DNA of 64,000 bases. Origin: Eledone cirrhosa. Its lineage: Eukaryota. Positions 1 to 14,900 of this stretch are shown in pieces. Numbering within the stretch: the stretch's first letter is position 1; the number at the start of each line of letters is the position of its first letter. The stretch spans positions 15,190,001 to 15,254,000 of the forward strand of contig OZ024761.1 in assembly GCA_964016885.1 (NCBI GenBank), read 5' to 3'. A model generated the notes under the pieces. That model was not told the DNA's origin and did not search any database. It worked only from the letters and a program-made list of their open reading frames with translations. The position numbers and the translations under genes are program-made.

Positions 1-515
1 ATACGCACACACATAAATTAATGTTTATCTCTGTACAAAGAGATTAACATCATTTCTTAAATTATTACTTAGGGTTTTACAACAAAACGTATTGTATGTG
101 TAATTATACATACATTGAATTTAAGTATTTATTTTTTAATTTTACATACATTTTAGTAGTATATATGTATATATTCATTTGTGTGTGCGTTCATTTCGTG
201 GGTAACTGCAGTTAACGTTCGTCTCGTGTTGGGTTTTATTACAGAGTTAGAGTGACTGTAGAATGTGAATAAAAAAGTAAGAAAGATCGAAAACACTGTT
301 GCTGTATATATATATATATATAAATTTTATTGGCACATTAAAATTGTTTCAATATTGATAGTTCGGAGTACAATCATAATATGTATATATTTTTCACATG
401 AAATCAATATTCAAACTGACCCCAGTGTGTTTATTTTAAAGCGACGAAATTCTACCTCCCAGGGATTTGAACACAGTTTCATGTTACTGGGTGGTACGAT
501 GAAGCAGAGAGAGAG

Positions 516-548
516 TATAAAATCGCTACACTGGTGGCATATTTAGTG
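516..548 (+). promoter_or_regulatory. Candidate TATA box plus Inr (also at 6800 and 13090)
   Basis: TATAAAA at 516-522 and TTAGT with its A at 545, 29 nt downstream. A GAG|GTAAAG donor-like site follows at 599/600. Motif evidence only. Confidence 0.35.
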
Positions 549-1718
549 TTTCACCGGTTTTCTTATAACAACACACTGGATACGACGTGCATGAGAGAGG
601 TAAAGTTTTATTTGTCTTCCGTGTTAGAGTATAACTGTAGTTTGACTTGTTAAATTTATAGTATATGTTTGTTATATATATTCTTAACTATGCAATGATA
701 GCATCTCAGTCACTAATTTCATCTCTTTGGAGGTTACTGCTCTGATGTCATCTCTTCCACTAAGACACTCTCCATAGCCTTGCCTCTCCTCGTAACATCA
801 CCCAAAGTTGTATCAATCTCCACAAAGCCAACACTTCTCATTATCTCTAAGAAAGCCACCTTAAGCAAGTGTTTCGACGTGTGTGTGTGTGTAGAATAAA
901 CGCAAGGTTTGACGGAACAAGAAAATAAAAAATATTCCTTCTAATATATATATCTTGTACATTGTATTATATTAAGGTGTTTCTGTAAATTAAAAACAAT
1001 GAAAGTGACACCTAAATTTAACGTCACTTTGATATTAACAGACATTCTTCATCTTCATAGTAAGTTCAATCAAGGGTTTACTACTTAGTGTATTTATGTG
1101 TCTTTGTCTCATCTCCAAATAAAGTTTTAAATGGTATGGCAACGTGTTGAAGTGAATCACGCTTATTTATATGCTGACTGTGTTACGACTAGAAAGAGAA
1201 AAATAAAGCTTTAAATGGTATGACTACGTGTTCAAATCAATCAAATTCCTTACAGTGTGAGGAAAAAAAAAGTTAATGTTTTAAGTTGATTCGAAATCCA
1301 ACCACGGCATTCCCCAGTCCTATGTCTTACCACTAGACTATAAAGACTTAAGTGATTTTCTTTTGAATATTTACATATATAAACTTATTTTTATTCTAAT
1401 AATAAAATAGCTTTAAATGTGTTTATTTTCACTCCGTATTTGTTGGTCTGTAGGTGGCCGTGTGGGTAGTTGTGGTGTATCTATGCATCAATTCAGTGTG
1501 TATAGATTTGCAGATAGGGTTTCGATCTTCTACTTTATCTTAAATATAAAACATTTTTATTTTAAATATTGGTCTCTATCTTCTGGGCTACCCGGGGCCA
1601 CGATCATCTCGAAGCCACCCTTCTAGTTCCCCCTCCGCTCGAACCTACACTACCACCACTTTACCAGACGCCCGCCAAGCGGCCGTAATTCTACTGTGCA
1701 AATTTCATATATTTAAAT

Positions 1719-3970
1719 CTATTTTAGCATTTCTTTAATAAAGAACCACATACGATGTTTGACATAATTGAAAAGAGAAAAATATTCTTTTACTATTTCA
1801 TAAGCTCTGGCAGGTATCGAACACCTCATATTTTACTTACGTCCAAAACGCAAACATGTATATATAATAATAATTTTTTGATAACTTTACAGTGAGAAAA
1901 TACATTTATCGATAGGGTTTCCAATCTCAGAAATATCTCCACTAGAGATGTGTGTGTGTATATATCTTTATTATTCCTTTGAAAAGTAGTTTTAATTAAA
2001 CATTTTTATATATTTCACTATTTCCAAAGTCCTGGCAGATATTGCAACTCCATCTGTAGATTCATGTAAATACATTGTATTTGACTTACATGAAATTAAA
2101 TATATAATTTGTTTTTAAATTTTGTTTTCAAGTACCAAAATATAAACAAATTAGTCAGGTTTTCAGTCTCTTAAATGCATGGTTGTTATAGATACTTAAC
2201 TGTTGTTGTAGGGCTGTCGTATTTACCGTCATGTGTACATTTAAATCTGACTGAGTCAATCCTCCCATCCGCCTGGTCTAAAAACAGCCTATTTATTTTA
2301 CAGGAGAGAAAGCGAGATACCTTTCTTATGCCTTTAAACGTTAATTTTGCACTTGACTTAAAATTCTTTTTCCTTCCCTTTAGATTGAATAAACAAAAAT
2401 ATTTTACGTCTACACTTATATTCAACATAACTCATGTCAGTCTTCACAAGTTTTTGCTACATCTGATTCAAGCTGTTATGGCTTTGGGAGGAAAGTAATC
2501 ACAAAGTAAAGTATCCAGCTAAGAATTTATTCCGTAGTACGTGTCATAAGAAAGATTTGTAGTTCCAAGAAACCTAACAAATATATTTCAAATTTATCGG
2601 CAATTAAACAAAACTTTAAAATAAGCAATACTAAAGCCACAAACGTTTTTCTATCTACGTCTCTCCTGAAGAAAAAAACAAAAACAAAACCGCTCGAATT
2701 ATTACGAGGAGTGTAAACAGAAGAATATAGCTAATAAACAATTAATTTATGTATATGCATGTATGTATTGTGTGTAAACATACTGTAAGACAGACAGGCT
2801 CTAAGGAAAACATAACATTACCGTTTCTGAACACATTTCAGAGTCATACTAACTAAATTTATTTTAGCATTTCTTTAATAAAGAACATCTCATGGTATTT
2901 GACATAAATGGTAAAAAAAAAAAAAAAAAATTGTTTTACTATTTCATACGCTCTGGCAGATATTGAAATCCTATCTCTAGATTCGTTTAAATACATTATC
3001 TTGGACTTACTTGAATTTAAAACTGATGAAATTATTTAAAAAACTTTTGTACCAAAATAAAAATACACTATCAAGGTTTTTAGTCTCATAAATGCGTGGT
3101 GGTTATAGACATTTAACTGTTGTTGTAGGGGTGCCGTAATTACCGTCATGTGGGCATTTAAACCTGACAGATCAATAATCCCTTCGTCCAGGTCTAAAAA
3201 CAGCTGATTTATTTTGCCAGAGAGAAAGAGAAATACTTTTCTCGTCTTTAAACGTTAATTTTGCACTTTACTTATAATTCCTTTTTCTTCTGTTATGTTG
3301 AATATAATTGTTGAGGTTTGTTCAATCTAACTCATTAATCTCCACAGTCAAGTACCTGTTTTTACTATATCTGCTTCAAGCTGTTATAGGTGGGATAAGG
3401 CAGTACAACCGAAAATAAAATGTCACTTTAAGGATTCACTCGTAGAAAGTGTCAAAAGAAGGGACACTGATATAAGGTTTGTAGGCCTAAGCAACCTAAG
3501 AAATAGATTTTAAAGTTATCGGCAGTTAAACAAAACTTATAAATAGGCAATAATTTAGACAATTCAGTAGACCACTTAACTTTATTAATAATCAGAAAAC
3601 AAGGCCACTTATTGACAATAGACCAGACAAAACATTTAACAAGAATTACTACAACGATGGTGCGAGAATATCGTGGTTTCTAAATCAGAGAATGTTTCTT
3701 TAACAAACACAAGCATATAAATAGTAGAGGGGATATTGACAGTGCATAGAACTAGGAAATAACTTCTATCAAATAGATTTTCTAGTGGCTAGGAACTTAG
3801 TAGCTCCAGTTATAATTGTGTTACACATGTTCAGTAAGTATTTTTCTATTGAAATCAAACTTAAAGGTATACTAAAGTCACAGACGTTTTCATATATATG
3901 TTTCATCTAAAGTCAAAAACGTAAGAATTATTACAAGCAGTGTAAACACGAATTAAAGCTAATAAATGTA
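1719..3970. repeat. Older internal duplication within the 6.29-kb unit (about 1719-2760 vs 2859-3970)
   Basis: Shared blocks tattttagcatttctttaataaagaac, ctggcagatattg, gttgttgtaggg..ggtctaaaaacag and ttatcggca.ttaaacaaaactt. Confidence 0.85.
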
Positions 3971-4858
3971 CCAATAAGGCTACCTCAAGATTTGCAATTC
4001 ATTCAAGAAGAAATCAAACTTATGCATATGTCGACGACATAATTATGGCTAGAGAGGACATGAAGAATCTACAACTAGGTGGAAGACAAGAGAAACGACC
4101 ATACTACCTGAAATATTATAAATTATGATAGTAAATATTTCTTATACTGTCATGTTTTTTCTTTAAAACGTTTGCATCTCAATAAAGTGGAGAAAACTAT
4201 TATATACTGTTGTTATATCATTATACTTTAGTTTAAACTTATTTCTATCTCTTCACATTAGAAAGAATAAAAACTTAGTAAAATCCTATATGTGTATAAA
4301 TATAATATATGTCAGTGTGTTTGTAAGTATATAATAATAATATGCATGTTGACAAAGAGTTGTAAAAACCAAGCAAGTCAACCTACAGTTCTACACTAAC
4401 AGAGACGGCATAGAAAACGTTACCTCTTACAAGCGAATGCGAAAAGAGATTGTTTCAAAAATACCGGTGTAACACTAAATATATTACCGGTGCAACTATT
4501 TCAGTTTACCCTTTTATAAACTCACTCCAGTCATTTCAAATCGTGTTCAGAGTACCGGCAGTAAGAAAAAAATAAAGCGTTTGCGAAGTTTCTAAATCTG
4601 CTAAAAATGACAGCTAAATCTCTCACTCTGTCTCCAATGTGTAATAAACCGTGACTCATAGAAATATATATATTTGTATGTATGTGTGTATAAATATATA
4701 TGTATATACCTAAGAATGTACACACACACACACACACACATGTCTATGTATATATATATATATGTATACATACATGCATATATATATATATGTATATATA
4801 TGTATACATATCTACATACATGCATATATATATATATATATATATATATACATGTGTG

Positions 4859-4889
<31 letters not shown>

Positions 4890-5268
4890 GTACATATATG
4901 TGTAAATATGTATATATATTAGTGTATATATATTGCAATGTATATGCATACTCGTATAATTATACTCTATATTATTAGTCGATATATCCATATACAATTA
5001 CCCCTCCCCCGGCATTCGTGGGGTTTACAGTCCTAGAGAACCCGAGAACAGTGAAAAACCGCGAATATTGTAGGTGGTCCATAGAAATGCCTATAACCTC
5101 AAAATACAACGTAAAATATAATAAAAATCGAGTGAGCGTCTTATGCGTCCAATAGGCCAACAAATACAATATATTGTTGTTAATAATCTAGCGTTAAAAC
5201 AATATATATTGTCACAAAAAAGGCATATATATACATATATTGTTTTGACTGCTATTTCTAGCATACAC

Positions 5269-5590
5269 TAGAAAAAACCGGAAGTGGAGAAAATTGAAAA
5301 ACTTCTTCTTCTTCCCCCCTCTAACTTTTCAAACAAAAGAAAATTTTATGTAAACAAAAACGAAATTTTTGCCAAGAAAGATAACTCTTCTCTGACTTAA
5401 ATCCAAAATTGGGATACAAAAAATTGCGGAATTTATTTTGTATCCCAATTTTGGATTTAAGTCAGAGAAGAGTTATCTTTCTTGGCAAAAATTTCGTTTT
5501 TGTTTACATAAAATTTCCTTTTGTTCGAAAAGTTAGAGGAGGGAAAAAGAAGAAGTTTTTCAATTTTCTACCCTTCCGGTTTTTCTTTTT
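5269..5590. mobile_element. Foldback/MITE-like palindrome, about 320 bp (second copy at about 11560-11881)
   Basis: Arms of about 155 bp, nearly perfectly complementary around 5428. Confidence 0.85.
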
Positions 5591-5633
5591 TATGCTAGAA
5601 AGAACAGTGAAAGTAATATATATGTATATACAT

Positions 5634-5692
<59 letters not shown>

Positions 5693-8600
5693 CAGTAAAC
5701 CCCTATATTCGCGGAATATTCCTTAGAACCTAAGTAATAATTATATATATATATATAGAGAGAAAGAAATAAACACACAGATATATATATATATACACAC
5801 ATATATATCTATATATGTGTGTATGTATACATATGTTTATGTATATATATAAGTATTTATATGTATATATACATTTATACATATATATATATACATACAC
5901 ACACACACACATATTTATATGTACACACACACACATATATACTGTGCCAATCTATTGAGTACATTGTATTTATTGTGGTTTCTCTCCGACGCGACCTGTG
6001 AATCTACACACACATATATTAGAAGATGTAAGACGAGTCGCACCCAAAGTATGACATTTGGGTGCTGTTTCTAGCAGGTTTAGAATTTACTATTTTCCAA
6101 ACAGAATTCTGTTTTACACCCCCTCACTCTGAACTCGATTTCAAATTACCGGGTAGTTTGTTGAAGCACGGTTCAACTGAAATATCTACACCGGTAACTT
6201 AATTAGTGTTACACCGGTATACCTGAGGCATAAACTATTTGGCATTCTTCGAAGGAGGTACTGGTTTTTTCGCTGTCTTAAATGGAGTATATACGCACAC
6301 ACATAAATTAATGTTTATCTCTGTACAAAGAGATTAACATCATTTCTTAAATTATTACTTAGGGTTTTACAACAAAACGTATTGTATGTGTAATTATACA
6401 TACATTGAATTTAAGTATTTATTTTTTAATTTTACATACATTTTAGTAGTATATATGTATATATTCATTTGTGTGTGCGTTAATTTCGTGGGTAACTGCA
6501 GTTAACGTTCGTCTCGTGTTGGGTTTTATTACAGAGTTAAAGTGACTGTAGAATGTGAATAAAAAAGTAAGAAAGATCGAAAACACTGTTGCTGTATATA
6601 TATATAAATTTTATTGGCACATTAAAATTGTTTCAATATTGATAGTTCGGAGTACAATCATAATATGTATATATTTTTCACATGAAATCAATATTCAAAC
6701 TGACCCCAGTGTGTTTATTTTAAAGCGACGAAATTCTACCTCCCAGGGATTTGAACACAGTTTCATGTTACTGGGTGGTACGATGAAGCAGAGAGAGAGT
6801 ATAAAATCGCTACACTGGTGGCATATTTAGTGTTTCACCGGTTTTCTTATAACAACACACTGGATACGACGTGCATGAGAGAGGTAAAGTTTTATTTGTC
6901 TTCCGTGTTAGAGTATAACTGTAGTTTGACTTGTTAAATTTATAGTATATGTTTGTTATATATATTCTTAACTATGCAACGATAGCATCTCAGTCACTAA
7001 TTTCATCTCTTTGGAGGTTACTGCTCTGATGTCATCTCTTCCACTAAGACACTCTCCATAGCCTTGCCTCTCCTCGTAACATCACCCAAAGTTGTATCAA
7101 TCTCCACAAAGCCAACACTTCTCATTATCTCTCAGAAAGCCACCTTAAGCAAGTGTTTCGACGTGTGTGTGTGTGTAGAATAAACGCAAGGTTTGACGGA
7201 ACAAGTAAATAAAAAATATTCCTTCTAATATATATATCTTGTACATTGTATTATATTAAGGTGTTTCTGTAAATTAAAAACAATGAAAGTGACACCTAAA
7301 TTTAACGTCACTTTGATATTAACAGACATTCTTCATCTTCATAGTAAGTTCAATCAAGGGTTTACTACTTAGTGTATTTATGTGTCTTTGTCTCATCTCC
7401 AAATAAAGTTTTAAATGGTATGGCAACGTGTTGAAGTGAATCACGCTTATTTATATGCTGACTGTGTTACGACTAGAAAGAGAAAAATAAAGCTTTAAAT
7501 GGTATGACTACGTGTTCAAATCAATCAAATTCCTTACAGTGTGAGGATAAAAAAAGTTAATGTTTTAAGTTGATTCGAAATCCAACCACGGCATTCCCCA
7601 GTCCTATGTCTTACCACTAGACTATAAAGACTTAAGTGATTTTCTTTTGAATATTTACATATATAAACTTATTTTTAGTCTAATAATAAAATAGCTTTAA
7701 ATGTGTTTATTTTCACTCCGTATTTGTTGGTCTGTAGGTGGCCGTGTGGGTAGTTGTGGTGTATCTATGCATCAATTCAGTGTGTATAGATTTGCAGATA
7801 GGGTTTCGATCTTCTACTTTATCTTAAATATAAAACATTTTTATTTTTTTTATTTTAAATATTGGTCTCTATCTTCTGGGCTACCCGGGGCCACGATCAT
7901 CTCGAAGCCACCCTTCTAGTTCCCCCTCCGCTCGAACCTACACTACCACCACTTTACCAGACGCCCGCCAAGCGGCCGTAATTCTACTGTGCAAATTTCA
8001 TATATTTAAATCTATTTTAGCATTTCTTTAATAAAGAACCACATACGATGTTTGACATAATTGAAAAGAGAAAAATATTCTTTTACTATTTCATAAGCTC
8101 TGGCAGGTATCGAACACCTCATATTTTACTTACGTCCAAAACGCAAACATGTATATATAATAATAATTTTTTGATAACTTTACAGTGAGAAAATACATTT
8201 ATCGATAGGGTTTCCAATCTCAGAAATATCTCCACTAGAGATGTGTGTGTGTATATATCTTTATTATTCCTTTGAAAAGTAGTTTTAATTAAACATTTTT
8301 ATATATTTCACTATTTCCAAAGTCCTGGCAGATATTGCAACTCCATCTGTAGATTCATGTAAATACATTGTATTTGACTTACATGAAATTAAATATATAA
8401 TTTGTTTTTAAATTTTGTTTTCAAGTACCAAAATATAAACAAATTAGTCAGGTTTTCAGTCTCTTAAATGCATGGTTGTTATAGATACTTAACTGTTGTT
8501 GTAGGGCTGTCGTATTTACCGTCATGTGTACATTTAAATCTGACCGAGTCAATCCTCCCATCCGCCTGGTCTAAAAACAGCCTATTTATTTTACAGGAGA

Positions 8601-11108
8601 GAAAGCGAGATACCTTTCTTATGCCTTTAAACGTTAATTTTGCACTTGACTTAAAATTCTTTTTCCTTCCCTTTAGATTGAATAAACAAAAATATTTTAC
8701 GTCTACACTTATATTCAACATAACTCATGTCAGTCTTCACAAGTTTTTGCTACATCTGATTCAAGCTGTTATGGCTTTGGGAGGAAAGTAATCACAAAGT
8801 AAAGTATCCAGCTAAGAATTTATTCCGTAGTACGTGTCATAAGAAAGATTTGTAGTTCTAAGAAACCTAACAAATATATTTCAAATTTATCGGCAATTAA
8901 ACAAAACTTAAAAATAAGCAATACTAAAGCCACAAACGTTTTTCTATCTACGTCTCTCCTGAAGAAAAAAACAAAAACAAAACCGCTCGAATTATTACGA
9001 GGAGTGTAAACAGAAGAATATAGCTAATAAACAATTAATTTATGTATATGCATGTATGTATTGTGTGTAAACATACTGTAAGACAGACAGGCTCTAAGGA
9101 AAACATAACATTACCGTTTCTGAACACATTTCAGAGTCATACTAACTAAATTTATTTTAGCATTTCTTTAATAAAGAACAACTCATGGTATTTGACATAA
9201 ATGGTAAAAAAATAAAAAAATAAATTATTTTACTATTTCATACGCTCTGGCAGATATTGAAATCCTATCTCTAGATTCGTTTAAATACATTATATTGGAC
9301 TTACTTGAATTTAAAACTGATGAAATTATTTAAAAAACTTTTGTACCAAAATAAAAATACACTATCAAGGTTTTTAGTCTCATAAATGCGTGGTGGTTAT
9401 AGACATTTAACTGTTGTTGTAGGGGTGCCGTAATTACCGTCTTGTGGGCATTTAAACCTGACAGATCAATCCTCCCCTCCTCCAGGTCTAAAAACAGCTG
9501 ATTTATTTTGCCAGAGAGAAAGAGAAATACTTTTCTCGTCTTTAAACGTTAATTTTGCACTTTTCTTATAATTCCTTTTTCTTCTGTTATGTTGAATATA
9601 ATTGTTGAGGTTTGTTCAATCTAACTCATATTAATCTCCACAGTCAAGTACCTGTTTTTACTATATCTGCTTCAAGCTGTTATAGGTGGGATAAGGCAGT
9701 ACAACCGAAAATAAAATGTCACTTTAAGGATTCACTCGTAGAAAGTGTCAAAAGAAGGGACACTGATATAAGGTTTGTAGGCCTAAGCAACCTAAGAAAT
9801 AGATTTTAAAGTTATCGGCAGTTAAACAAAACTTATAAATAGGCAATAATTTAGACAATTCAGTAGACCACTTAACTTTATTAATAATCAGAAAACAAGG
9901 CCACTTATTGACAATAGACCAGACAAAACATTTAACAAGAATTACTACAACGATGGTGCGAGAAGATCGTGGTTTCTAAATCAGAGAATGTTTCTTTAAC
10001 AAACACAAGCATATAAAAAGTAGAGGGGATATTGACAGTGCATAGAACTAGGAAATAACTTCTATCAAATAGATTTTCTAGTGGCTAAGAACTTAGTAGC
10101 TCCAGTTATAATTGCGTTACACATGTTCAGTAAGTATTTTTCTATTGAAATCAAACTTAAAGGTATACTAAAGCCACAAACGTTTTCATATATATGTTTC
10201 ATCTAAAGTCAAAAACGTAAGAATTATTACAAGCAGTGTAAACACGAATTAAAGCTAATACATGTACCAAGAAGGCTACCTCAAGATTTGCAATTCATTC
10301 AAGAAGAAATCAAACTTATGCATATGTCGACGACATAATTATGGCTAGAGAGGACATGAAGAATCTACAACTAGGTGGAAGACAAGAGAAACGACCATAC
10401 TACCTGAAATATTATATATTATGATAGTAAATATTTCTTATACTGTCATGTTTTTTCTTTAAAACGTTTGCATCTCAATAAAGTGGAGAAAACTATTATA
10501 TACTGTTGTTATATCATTATACTTTAGTTTAAACTTATTTCTATCTCTTCACATTAGAAAGAATAAAAACTTAGTAAAATCCTATATGTGTATAAATATA
10601 ATATATGTCAGTGTGTTTGTAAGTATATAATAATAATATGCATGTTGACAAAGAGTTGTAAAAACCAAGCAAGTCAACCTACAGTTCTACACTAACAGAG
10701 ACGGCATAGAAAACGTTACCTCTTACAAGCGAATGCGAAAAGAGATTGTTTCAAAAATACCGGTGTAACACTAAATATATTACCGGTGCAACTATTTCAG
10801 TTTACCCTTTTATAAACTCACTCCAGTCATTTCAAATCGTGTTCAGAGTACCGGCAGTAAGAAAAAAATAAAGCGTTTGCGAAGTTTCTAAATCTGCTAA
10901 AAATGACAGCTAAATCTCTCACTCTGTCTCCAATGTGTAATAAACCGTGACTCATAGAAATATATATATTTGTATGTATGTGTGTATAAATATATGTGTA
11001 TATACCTAAGAATGTACACACACGCACACATGTCTATGTATATATATATATATGTATACATACATGCATATATATATATGTATATATATGTATACATATC
11101 TACATACA

Positions 11109-11145
<37 letters not shown>

Positions 11146-11924
11146 GTGTGTCTCTCTCTCTCTCTATATATATATATATGTACATATATGTGTAAATATG
11201 TATATATATTAGTGTATATATATTGCAATGTATATGCATACTCGTATAATTATACTCTATATTATTAGTCGATATATCCATATACAATTACCCCTCCCCC
11301 GGCATTCGTGGGGTTTACAGTCCTAGAGAACCCGAGAACAGTGAAAAACCGCGAATATTGTAGGTGGTCCATAGAAATGCCTATAAACCTCAAAATACAA
11401 CGTAAAATATAATAAAAATCGAGTGAGCGTCTTATGCGTCCAATAGGCCAACAAATACAATATATTGTTGTTAATAATCTAGCGTTAAAACAATATATAT
11501 TGTCACAAAAAAGGCATATATATACATATATTGTTTTGACTGCTATTTCTAGCATACACTAGAAAAAACCGGAAGTGGAGAAAATTGAAAAACTTCTTCT
11601 TCTTCCCCCCTCTAACTTTTCAAACAAAAGAAAATTTTATGTAAACAAAAACGAAATTTTTGCCAAGAAAGATAACTCTTCTCTGACTTAAATCCAAAAT
11701 TGGGATACAAAAAATTGCGGAATTTATTTTGTATCCCAATTTTGGATTTAAGTCAGAGAAGAGTTATCTTTCTTGGCAAAAATTTCGTTTTTGTTTACAT
11801 AAAATTTCCTTTTGTTCGAAACGTTAGAGGAGGGAAAAAGAAGAAGTTTTTCAATTTTCTACCCTTCCGGTTTTTCTTTTTTATGCTAGAAAGAACAGTG
11901 AAAGTAATATATATGTATATACAT

Positions 11925-11981
<57 letters not shown>

Positions 11982-14900
11982 CAGAGACAGTAAACCCCTA
12001 TATTCGCGGAATATTCCTTAGAACCTAAGTAATAATTATATATATATATATATAGAGAAAGAAATAAACACACAGATATATATATATACACACATATATA
12101 TCTATATATGTGTGTATGTATACATATGTTTATGTATATATATAAGTATTTATATGTATATATACATTTATACATATATATATATACATACACACACACA
12201 TATTTATATGTACACACACACACATATATACTGTGCCAATCTATTGAGTACATTGTATTTATTGTGGTTTCTCTCCGACGCGACCTGTGAATCTACACAC
12301 ACATATATTAGAAGATGTAAGACGAGTCGCACCCAAAGTATGACATTTGGGTGCTGTTTCTAGCAGGTTTAGAATTTACTATTTTCCAAACAGAATTCTG
12401 TTTTACACCCCTCACTCTGAACTCGATTTCAAATTACCGGGTAGTTTGTTGAAGCACGGTTCAACTGAAATATCTACACCGGTAACTTAATTAGTGTTAC
12501 ACCGGTATACCTGAGGCATAAACTATTTGGCATTCTTCGAAGGAGGTACTGGTTTTTTCGCTGTCTTAAATGGAGTATATACGCACACACATAAATTAAT
12601 GTTTATCTCTGTACAAAGAGATTAACATCATTTCTTAAATTATTACTTAGGGTTTTACAACAAAACGTATTGTATGTGTAATTATACATACATTGAATTT
12701 AAGTATTTATTTTTTAATTTTACATACATTTTAGTAGTATATATGTATATATTCATTTGTGTGTGCGTTCATTTCGTGGATAACTGCAGTTAACGTTGGT
12801 CTCGTGTTGGGTTTTATTACAGAGTTAAAGTGACTGTAGAATGTGAATAAAAAAGTAAGAAAGATCGAAAACACTGTTGCTGTATATATATATATAAATT
12901 TTATTGGCACATTAAAATTGTTTCAATATTGATAGTTCGGAGTACAATCATAATATGTATATATTTTTCACATGAAATCAATATTCAAACTGACCCCAGT
13001 GTGTTTATTTTAAAGCGACGAAATTCTACCTCCCAGGGATTTGAACACAGTTTCATGTTACTGGGTGGTACGATGAAGCAGAGAGAGAGTATAAAATCGC
13101 TACACTGGTGGCATATTTAGTGTTTCACCGGTTTTCTTATAACAACACACTGGATACGACGTGCATGAGAGAGGTAAAGTTTTATTTGTCTTCCGTGTTA
13201 GAGTATAACTGTAGTTTGACTTGTTAAATTTATAGTATATGTTTGTTATATATATTCTTAACTATGCAATGATAGCATCTCAGTCACTAATTTCATCTCT
13301 TTGGAGGTTACTGCTCTGATGTCATCTCTTCCACTAAGACACTCTCCACAAGCTTGCCTCTCCTCGTAACATCACCCAAAGTTGTATCAATCTCCACAAA
13401 GCCACCTCAAGCAAGTGTTTCGACGTGTGTGTGTGGAGAATAAACGCAAGGTTTGACGGAACAAGAAAATAAAAAATATTCCTTCTAATATATATATATC
13501 TTGTACATTGTATTATGTTAAGGTGTTTCTGTAAATTAAAAACATTGAAAGCGACCCCTAAATTTAACGTCACTTTGATATTAACAGACATTCTTCATAG
13601 TAAGTTAAATCAAGGGTTTACTACTTAGTGTATTTATGTGTCTTTGTCTCATCTCCAAATAAAGTTTTAAATGGTATGGCAACGTGTTGAAGTGAATCAC
13701 GCTTATTTATATGCTGACTGTGTTACCACGAGAAAGAGAAAAATAAAGCTTAAAATGGTATGACTACGTGTTCAAATCAAGCAAATTCCTTACAGTGTGA
13801 GGATAAAAAAAGTTAATGTTTTAAGTTGATTCGAAATCCAACCACGGCATTCCCCAGTCCTATGTCTTACCACTAGACTATAACGACTTAAGTGATTTTC
13901 TTTTGAATATTTACATATATAAACTTATTTTTAGTCTAACAATAAAATAGCTTTAAATGTGTTTATTTTCACTCCGTATTTGTTGGTCTGTAGGTGGCCG
14001 TGTGGGTAGTTGTGGTGTATCTATGCATCAATTCAGTGTGTATAGATTTGGAGATAGGGTTTCGATCTTCTACTTTATCGTAAATATAAAACATTTTTAT
14101 ATTTTTTATTTTAAATATTGGTCTCTATCTTCTGGGCTACCCGGGGCCAGGACCATCTCGAAGCCACCCTTTTAGTTCCCCCTCCGCTCGAACCTACACT
14201 ACCACCACTTTACCAGACGCCCGCCAAGCGGCCGTAATTCTACTGTGCAAATTTCATATATTTAAATCTATTTTAGCATTTCTTTAATAAAGAACCACAT
14301 ACGATGTTTGACATAATTGAAAAGAGAAAAATATTCTTTTACTATTTCATAAGCTCTGGCAGGTATCGAACACCTCATATTTTACTTACGTCCAAAACGC
14401 AAACATGTATATATAATAATAATTTTTTGATAACTTTACAGTGAGAAAATACATTTATCGATAGGGTTTCCAATCTCAGAAATATCTCCACTAGAGATGT
14501 GTGTGTGTGTGTGTGTGTGTGCATATATATTTATTATTCCTTTGAAAAGTAGTTTTAATTAAACATTTTTATATATTTCACTATTTCCAAAGTCCTGGCA
14601 GATATTGCAACTCCATCTGTAGATTCATTTAAATACATTGTATTTGACTTACATGAAATTAAACATATAATTTGTTTTTAAATTTTGTTTTCAAGTACCA
14701 AAATATAAACAAATTAGTAAGGTTTTCAGTCTCTTAAATGCATGGTTGTTATAGACACTTAACTGTTGTTGTAGGGCTGTCGTATTTACCTTCATGTGTG
14801 CATTTAAATCTGACTGAGTCAATCCTCCCATCCTCCTGGTCTAAAAACAGCCTATTTATTTTACAGGAGAGAAAGCGAGATACCTTTCTTATGCCTTTAA

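Noticed and set aside
591-599. ATG AGA GAG (MRE) as the start of a tubulin or Rap1 gene
   Set aside because: No downstream tubulin or GTPase exons occur anywhere in the 6.29-kb unit.
1575-1700. GC-rich island with GGTTCGAGC (B-box-like, minus strand) as a tRNA or other Pol III RNA
   Set aside because: I could not fold a cloverleaf or match a known RNA family by eye. An Infernal/Rfam scan would settle it.
4021-4047. YVDDII reverse-transcriptase-like motif in the array unit
   Set aside because: The frame is short and closed by stops, no other RT motifs are present, and the motif is not kept in copy 3.
4531-6001. Numerous YIYI/CVCV/THTH ORFs here and throughout the window
   Set aside because: They are artefacts of (TA)n, (CA)n and (GA)n microsatellites.
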